A stretch of 64,000 nt of DNA from Dicyema japonicum. Lineage: Eukaryota > Animalia > Dicyemida. Positions 57,301 through 64,000 of this stretch are shown piece by piece. The stretch's first letter is position 1. Each line of letters starts with the position of its first letter. The DNA is taken from assembly GCA_011109175.1 (NCBI GenBank), contig RDEW01000012.1, positions 202,038 through 266,037 on the forward strand. Direction: 5' to 3'. A program made the position numbers and the translations under genes. Under the pieces are notes generated by a model. That model did no database searches and was not told where the DNA came from. It saw only the letters and a program-made list of their open reading frames with translations.

Positions 57301-58120
57301 ATTTCGGCAAAGTTTATATTTATTGCTGATATATAGAACCATGAATCATATCCTAAGTTTTGAAGTCTCCTCAAGTCCATTTGAGTACATTTCTCACATG
57401 GCTAAAAGCATAAATGGATTATGGATTGCTCAAAATAAGTCATCTGTTCTGGAACTAAGAGATTACAACACAGGAGATGTTTTATTTAGAATCGATACAA
57501 AATCTAGTCGTCATGGATTTTCCAACGAACCAAGAAAAGATTTAATTTACAATTTTGTTGATAGAATTACCAGTCTCATGGTAGACGTAAATGAAAGAAT
57601 AATATGTGTTGGAAACGCAAATGGAAATTTTTTGGTTTACTATTGTCAGCAGGAAAGGGATGAACAATTCCTTACTCCCCAAATTGAGGATAGTCCTTTC
57701 GATAATAGGCAGAATAATAGAGAATTGACATTATGTGCTAATTCATTCGAGGATAACGAAATTATTAAATTAGTGTTGGACATGAACGTGAAAACTACTG
57801 ATCAACCTTTACGTTGTATTGTCGGGACTAAGTAATTTATATTTTAAACGAGATTCGGAAACCAACCGGTCGTTATCACGTGTTCAGGAATAAATACTAA
57901 TAATGAAATGGTAATGAAGTGGTGCAAAACACTGAAAAATGTTAAATTATATTAATTGTAGGATTTATGGATTAATACAAATGTTGGAAGAACAAAGTCA
58001 CCTATAAGAAATGTAAGACTTAACAAAATGGGGAATTCTGCAGTTAAGTTTATAAAAAGAGTTCATAATGATTATAATTTTAGTTGTCGAGTCGCATAAA
58101 TCAGACAGACATTTAATTAA
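54370..58120 (+). CDS. TBC1D2: TBC1D2-like RabGAP: PH, coiled coil, TBC, probable C-terminal beta-propeller; 3' end approximate
   Basis: PH ending QNQMDEWMSSF; DEFGF; LIYAGVPNKFRGNVW; QVKLDLLRTLPSN; IGYCQGMNFI; DYFSDSLVGAQIDQ; ITFPWFMSLF; LRIWDCFFLDG. Downstream exons carry WD-like strands (VYAGLANGNVVFFD, ICVGNANGNFLVY). Confidence 0.8.
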
Positions 58121-58175
58121 TAGAAATTTGATTATAAGGAAAGTAATTATTAATTGTTGACGTATGTTCACATTA

Positions 58176-58309
58176 TTATTATTACCCCAGGATCACTGGG
58201 TCAAAGAGAAAGAAATAAAAGTTCTCATCTAACTAAGTGATCCCAGACCGACAAAGGTGAGGACGAGTCCGGCGGGGTCGAGAATCCTGAACAGCTCTTC
58301 TCATAGGAC
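58176..58309 (-). mobile_element. ~130-nt hairpin-tailed retroposon, copy 2, with 12-bp TSD
   Basis: TSD ATGTTCACATTA at 58164-58175 and 58310-58321. Hairpin arms at 58190-58197 and 58236-58243. Homologous to 21670-21790. Confidence 0.85.
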
Positions 58310-58321
58310 ATGTTCACATTA

Positions 58322-58500
58322 GAGATAATAAATCGACTCATCACAAATAACCAAGTCGACAACAGATGTAAAACCCTTTGATTCTAACATACAACGCTGC
58401 CACCTGGGGGATAACCTGTACTGAACTGCCAAAATGGACGTGTTCCATCTGTGGACTAAAAGATAATCTCCCCATTTGAATATGCTCATAATGAAAATGG
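58322..58500 (-). mobile_element. Possible PIF/Harbinger transposase fragment
   Basis: DGT...KGFTSVVDLVICD across frameshifts resembles IDGTH...NRKGF.S...Q.ICD. Confidence 0.4.
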
Positions 58501-58565
58501 TGCATAACACTAGCTTTATTTTCATATTTAAGCTTCAGGAGTTGCTTCTATGTCATGGATTAGAT

Positions 58566-58620
58566 CAGTGTTTCTCAACCTTTTTTCGTATCGTCTCTAT
58601 GAAAAAATTTATTTTCTATA
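58566..58620 (+). mobile_element. hAT terminal fragment
   Basis: TAGAT|CAGTGTTTCTCAACCTTTTTT, a classic Charlie/Buster TIR. Confidence 0.6.
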
Positions 58621-58809
58621 ATAACTATCGTATAGTATATCACGTCCGGGATGATAAGTCAAACTTATTCCAAAACAAATTCTAATACAAATTGGAGACC
58701 TTGACATCGGTCCCTATTTTCGGAGGAAAAACGAAATTTTTAATATTTTCTAAAAACATGTTCGACTTTGTATGGGACAAAAAATGTTCTTGAATGGGTT
58801 AGAGTGAAT

Positions 58810-58880
58810 TAGAGCCAAATGTGCAGCAAAAGAAACAAGGTTAGATGTCATCCTTTTGCTCCCTTGTTCATAGGTTGTTT
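58810..58880 (-). mobile_element. RTE 3' tip
   Basis: ATGTGCAGCAAAAGAAACAAGGTTAGATGTCATCCTTTT is identical to about 59931-59969. Confidence 0.8.
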
Positions 58881-59889
58881 CTATAGATTTATAAAGTTTA
58901 TTTTATTGAGAGAATAAATTATTTGACTTGTAATTTTTATCTATAAATTCTATTTATTTTTGATATTAATGTTTTATTACTAAATCACTATTTACCTCTG
59001 ACAAAAGATTGGGAAGGATGACAGTCACCTTGAAGTTAAACAAGGTCGGCATCCCTTTCAACAGATGTCAAAGGATCTTGGTATGACAATTGATTTGCAT
59101 TTCTGTTTGACATCACTCATTAGGTTGTTAGCTTGTACAGTATTTAGACCAGAAAAAGATTCTGATACATCTGATAAGTTTAGCTTGATTCGACGAATAG
59201 TTTTCCATAAAAGACTCGTGGATTTCAAATGTCTAATATATGATAATAGGCGGTTCCACGCCCTATCTTTCTTTTCTTTGATGAGTTTTGTGATTCTCTG
59301 ATTTAAACATTTTATATTTTCCTAATCAGAAGAGGTTTGTTGATGATTCATCTTAAGGGAATTTCTTTGTTTGATTAGGAGATGAGTCTCCGAGTCCAGA
59401 GTAGTCTTGTAGGATTTGTAAACTGCACGTGGGACAAACAACTTTTCAGCGTGAAGGATTACATGGTTTAGATAATCCACTGCTTTGTCGATGGAGCAAA
59501 ATGAAGTAGGATCAGAATGTATTATGTTATTGTCAATGAAGACCTTGAAATTTGACCAGTCAGCTTTCTTGTAGATCTTGAAGACGCTAACATTCTCTAA
59601 TGGTCAACGAAGAGCATAATTCAAATATGAATTTTTGAAGGTTTCTGTGTTATGCAAAAAAGAGGTTTTTGAACTTTTGCCTTTGTTACATTTTTAATCC
59701 TTTTGATAATGTTGCAATTGTTCAATTCTTTTGGTTATTATGGAAATACATTGTGATTCCTTTGGTTTCATTAATGACTCTTGTAACCATGTGTTTTGGA
59801 GTGATAAGTTTTACTTATCAGCCCGGACACGAAGATGGACCTGAGTTCTCATGTTATATGACAATAACTATCAATATTAATTATTATTA

Positions 59890-62260
59890 TTTAAGCACTT
59901 CACGAGAGCCATACTAATTATAGCCCCGCATGTGCAGCAAAAGAAACAAGGTTAGATGTCATCCTTTTCCATGCTCCCCTGTTCATAGCCAAGGCTCTCA
60001 TGTTTTCCAGGTCGTCGGCATTTATTAGATTTTTTTGATATTGACTTTTGTAAGACTATTGGCAGTGTTGTTCTTGGTCTTCTACGATAGCGGCCTTCTT
60101 GAATAACATAGTATGTTTCCATGGATATGTTAGGTGGAGATGTTAATTCCATCCTCAGCACGTGTCCGAAGAGCTTCCATCGCGATTCCAGTACTTCTAA
60201 GCTGATAGGTCTAGTGCTGCATCTCTTATATAAAGCATTCCTCGATATTCTCGTAGGCCAAGTAGTTCCTGTTATTTTTCTCAGCTGACCTCTGTGGAAC
60301 GAGTCTAGTCTTTCCATATGCTGATGAGGTCGCCCAATTCCAGCGTTATATAAAAGTAAGGGTTTTATAAATAAGTCGTATAGTAGGATTCTTTTTCGTG
60401 TTATGCCTCTTTGATTGAGCCATAGATTCTTTACTTTATATAACTCAGCATTGGCTAGAGTTTTCCTACGTAAAATATCTTCGCTATCTCCCATAAGTGA
60501 ACCGAGTTTCTTTACTTGTCGTCACTTCTCTTCTAGGGCGTTACTCATCCTTCTTATCTCTGTGAGTTCTGTTTTCTCTCTGTTCACAGTAAGAAACCAT
60601 TTCCCTAGTACATCTGGTGCTTTATCTAATAGGTTTTCCAGGACCTCTTTGTCTTCAGAAATTAGGTCTACATCGTCCGTAGATTACTTCTTCCGTCTTT
60701 CCTTGGTATAACGGAATAAGTTCCCTCATAGCGGCTTCCAAATAAATTGTGAATAGTAGAGGAGAAAGAGAGTATCCTTGTAGAGTACCCGTGTTTGTTT
60801 CAAATTTTCTTAAATAGGTCTTTCCGACTCTCACAAGGAGCTCAGTGTTAGAAAGTAGAATTCGGGTCATCCTTAGACTCGACTCATCAAGAAATCCGCT
60901 AGTACCCCCATTAATTTGTTCCTGTTAACCGTATCAAAAGCTCTTGATAGGTCAATTCCCAGAATATTGGTGGCGTTACGTTATCTTTGATATGTTGCAC
61001 ACCTCCATCTGTGACTCCATACCGCATCAGCCATGGATCTCCCTTCTCGAAAACCACTTTGACTATCTGGTAGGTATTTGTAAGCAGATCCTTTTATTCG
61101 TTCAAGCACAATGTTTGCCAAGACTTTGCGTAATGAATTTAGTAGTATGACGGGTCGCAAATTTTCGAGCGGTCCTCTGTTTTTGTTGGTTTTTTGTATG
61201 GGGATTAGTAGTCCCGCACCCAGAGGTAGAGTTGAGTTAGTTGGAAACATTTCATTTAGTAGTGTAGCGATTTTTTCAAAAAGGAGGTCAGGGCCGTATT
61301 TCAGTAATTCTGGGTTTATCGCATTTGGTCCGGGGCTTCTGTTATTCTTGTGTTTTCGGCAGGCCGTTTTGATTTCCTCGGCCGTGATTGGTATCTCCAG
61401 GGGTCTTGGCCTTCCATCAAATGGGTGGATTTCTATGGTTTTGATGTTGAAAAACTTCTCAAAGTGAGCCGCTATGGCTTCAGTTTGTTCTTTGGTGTTT
61501 AGTATCAGCTTACCGTTCTCGTCTTTTATGGTTAGTCGACTTCGGTTTGTTCGCCGCAGTAAACGGGCAGCGACGTACACCTATGCGTTGTCTTTCACTT
61601 TGTTTACTCTTCTATACAGGAAGCTATTTCTTCTATGAAAAGCTTCTTGTTCAGACCCTTTATTTTTCTTCTGACACGTTGCCTTTTCGCCTTTAAGGGC
61701 TTTTATCGTATTAGTGTCTGGCATTTGATTTTCTCATATTTATTTCTTTTAGACTTTTCGCAAGCTCAGGAACATCTGGATGAATAGCCTTCAGGTGCAT
61801 TTTACTATTCTCCCTTTTGCCAAGACATGCTTCAGCAGCTTCGTTGATGGTGTCCTTTGTGCGTTTCCAGGCGTCTTTTAACGTAGTATCCACCAATACG
61901 TCATGCATATGAGTCTGAATGTATTGTTTATATCTCTCAGTAGTCTCCGGTTGGAAATCAGCCTTTCAGTCGCGTAGTCGCCTCTGATTTTCTCAAATTC
62001 GTGATTTTTGGCATTCTTGTATTTGATGGCATGTTTTTTCAGGGTGAAGGTCGCAATAACCATCTTGTGGTCTCTGACAGTCGTCGAGCCTTCATATGAA
62101 CGTGCGTTTATTAGAAGGTGTTTGTCTTTAGCCCGGCATATGACAATAATCTATTTGGTTGTATATTGGGACCAGCTTTCCCTCTGAGTTCCTTCACTTC
62201 CCCATCCACGTAGTTTTGTGGCAGGCAGGATGCGTAAATGCAGTATTGCATAGGAAAATC
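59890..62260 (-). mobile_element. RTE-clade LINE, most of ORF (APE end, RT, C-terminus)
   Basis: NTAFTHPACHKTTW...NQIDY...DHKMVIA; KNNRSPGPNAINPELLK; ENLRPVILLN; SQSGFREGRS; GTLQGYSLSPLLF; PLLLYNAG; RWKLFGHVLRM. Confidence 0.92.
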
Positions 62261-62479
62261 AATAGTAATGTTTTAATTAATTAGTATTTTTTATAAAAAA
62301 AATTTTTTAATGTGACCCTTTACCTTGGTGGAGGTTTATTAGATGCTCTATACTTGGGATTCTTATACTAAGAGCAACTCAGATGTCCCCTTTTTCGGTG
62401 ATACTCAAATTATTCCGCTTCTTATTATATGGTTAAGTAAACTAAAATTTTTTTCAATGCAATATGATGCCGGATAAGA

Positions 62480-62620
62480 TAACAATATATAAGAAAACTA
62501 CAACAGCCCTGCCGCCAAGGAGTAATGTTACCATTAATAAACCTCAGCTGAGGCAAACCACGCACTTTATTTAAGAAACGTTTCCTTGCAAATCGTATGG
62601 GGAAATCCTTTCTCAATTTT
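62480..62620 (-). repeat. Third copy of the family-B-type retroposon tail
   Basis: CTTAAATAAAGTGCGTGGTTTGCCT...TAATGGTAACATTACTCCTTGGCG...GGCTGTT matches 17370-17450 and 49715-49780. Confidence 0.5.
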
Positions 62621-63014
62621 GGGACATCCAGTAGTTATTAATATTAAAGGTTCTTGACTTCTCGTTCTTTTCTTTTTTGTTGTATGTGAGTCTCATTATT
62701 TCAGGAATCGTAGTTTGATGATTTAGGCTCCCAAAGTAGGAAATTGATTCGTTTTTAAATTGAATTTTAAGTTCTTGGTCATTTTTTAATTTAATCAGTC
62801 AAACCAAGATGATAACGACGAATTTATAACCCATCTGCAATATTACAATTAATAAAAATGTTATATCAATTGTACCTCACATATGCTATTAAAAAAGATT
62901 GATATCAAATACACTGATTCATCAAATTTATTAATTAAGGAATGTTTGAAGTCTTCAGACATCTCGTCAATTCTTCACATTGTGCGTTACTAAATGGAAT
63001 ATTTTTAGTAATTC

Positions 63015-63085
63015 GGAAAATCTCGCTCGCAATCCTGAGAGGAAATAGCCTCGCAATCAGGGCGGCTGCTCACTTTTTTTCTTAA
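63015..63085 (+). mobile_element. CRE 3' tip
   Basis: ISLAILRGNSLAIRAA is homologous to the end of the CRE at about 5900-5957. Confidence 0.55.
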
Positions 63086-63199
63086 TAAATTATTTGTAAT
63101 TAAAAAAATTTGGAAAATTCCCTCTGCAGAATATGCTCTATAAACAATTCTACACAGGGAAGTACAATTCTCTCAGCAATTGAGGATTACCTATTTTTT

Positions 63200-64000
63200 T
63201 AAGCATTCCCGAAATCAAAAATTAATTAGATTAATTAAGTTCCCCTTGTGCCACGTCCAGTATCCTCTCACACATCCTCTTCCATGTTTTCCTGTTCCGG
63301 GCCATTGCTCGTAGTGAGTCAAGATCTTCACCATTTCGTAGAGTTTTGTTTATTCTGATAAGGTCATCATTTAGTACTGAAGGCAACGTCACTCTAGGCC
63401 TGCCACGGAATGATCCCTTCAGTTGTGCGAAATAGTTCTCCATTGCAATGTTTGGTGGAGTCAACATATCCATTCGTAAGATGTGACCAAAAAGTCTCCA
63501 CCTAGCCTTGAGAATCTCCTCTGATAATGGCCTTAAGCCAAATCTTTTGTACAGTTCTGAATTTGATATCTTTTTCGGGAAATGTATTCTCAAGATGTTT
63601 CTTAGTTGATTTCTATGAAATTGATCCAGATTGTCCATTTCCAGTTTCGTAATCCCCCATGTCCCACAGTTGTATGTCAGGACTGGAACCACGAATGTTT
63701 TATACAATTTTAGCTTTGTATTCGTAGTTATGCTCTTCTTAGAACGCCAGATAGTTAAGAATTTTTTATATGCAGCAGTGGAAAGGATTTTTCTGTGGGT
63801 AACATCTTCTGAGTCTCCAAGTAGTGAACCAACTTTTTTATGCCTTCTCCATGATTCATCGTAAGTGCGTACAACTCGTACAAGTTTTGTATATTCAGTT
63901 TTGTCTTGGGTGACAACTAAGAACCATTTAGAAAAGACATTTGGTAAGTTCTTGAGAACGTGATGAAGAATTTCAACATCTTCAGAAACAAAGTCAGGAT
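63200..64000 (-). mobile_element. RTE-clade LINE 3' portion (runs off the window)
   Basis: YKTFVVPVLTYNCGTWG...LDQFHRNQLRNIL...RWRLFGHILRM...RGRPRVTLP; nearly intact frame. Confidence 0.92.

Overview
AT-rich eukaryotic genomic DNA. Host genes are roughly 20-30% GC by eye. The gene set points to an animal (mGluR-type class C GPCR, RASSF2/4, WDFY3). Host genes are cut by ultra-short GT-AG introns of 20-25 nt, so the ORF track badly fragments them. That intron size suggests a reduced parasitic metazoan such as a dicyemid or myxozoan, but this is inference and the taxon cannot be fixed from this window. Recognisable host genes are METAP2 (3' part), a RASSF2/4-like gene, WDFY3/Alfy without a FYVE domain, SLC30A6, NOC4L, CKAP5/XMAP215 with only three TOG domains, DTL/CDT2, an mGluR-like GPCR and a TBC1D2-like gene, plus two orphan spliced genes and one decayed gene. 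These compact gene blocks alternate with islands of nested, decayed transposable elements covering about half the window. The islands contain CRE, RTE, R4-like and APE-RT LINEs (one with a 2A-like peptide), tRNA-derived SINEs, hAT/Buster, pogo, Harbinger, Penelope-like and integrase fragments. Several otherwise unrelated short retroelements share one 3' stem-loop (GGATCAC...GTGATCC). Occasional single-base homopolymer frameshifts in conserved genes look like assembly errors. No CRISPR array, rRNA or intact tRNA was found. I cannot claim a single new system. The strongest leads are the minimal-intron splicing code, the shared retroposon 3' hairpin, and the domain losses in XMAP215 and Alfy.
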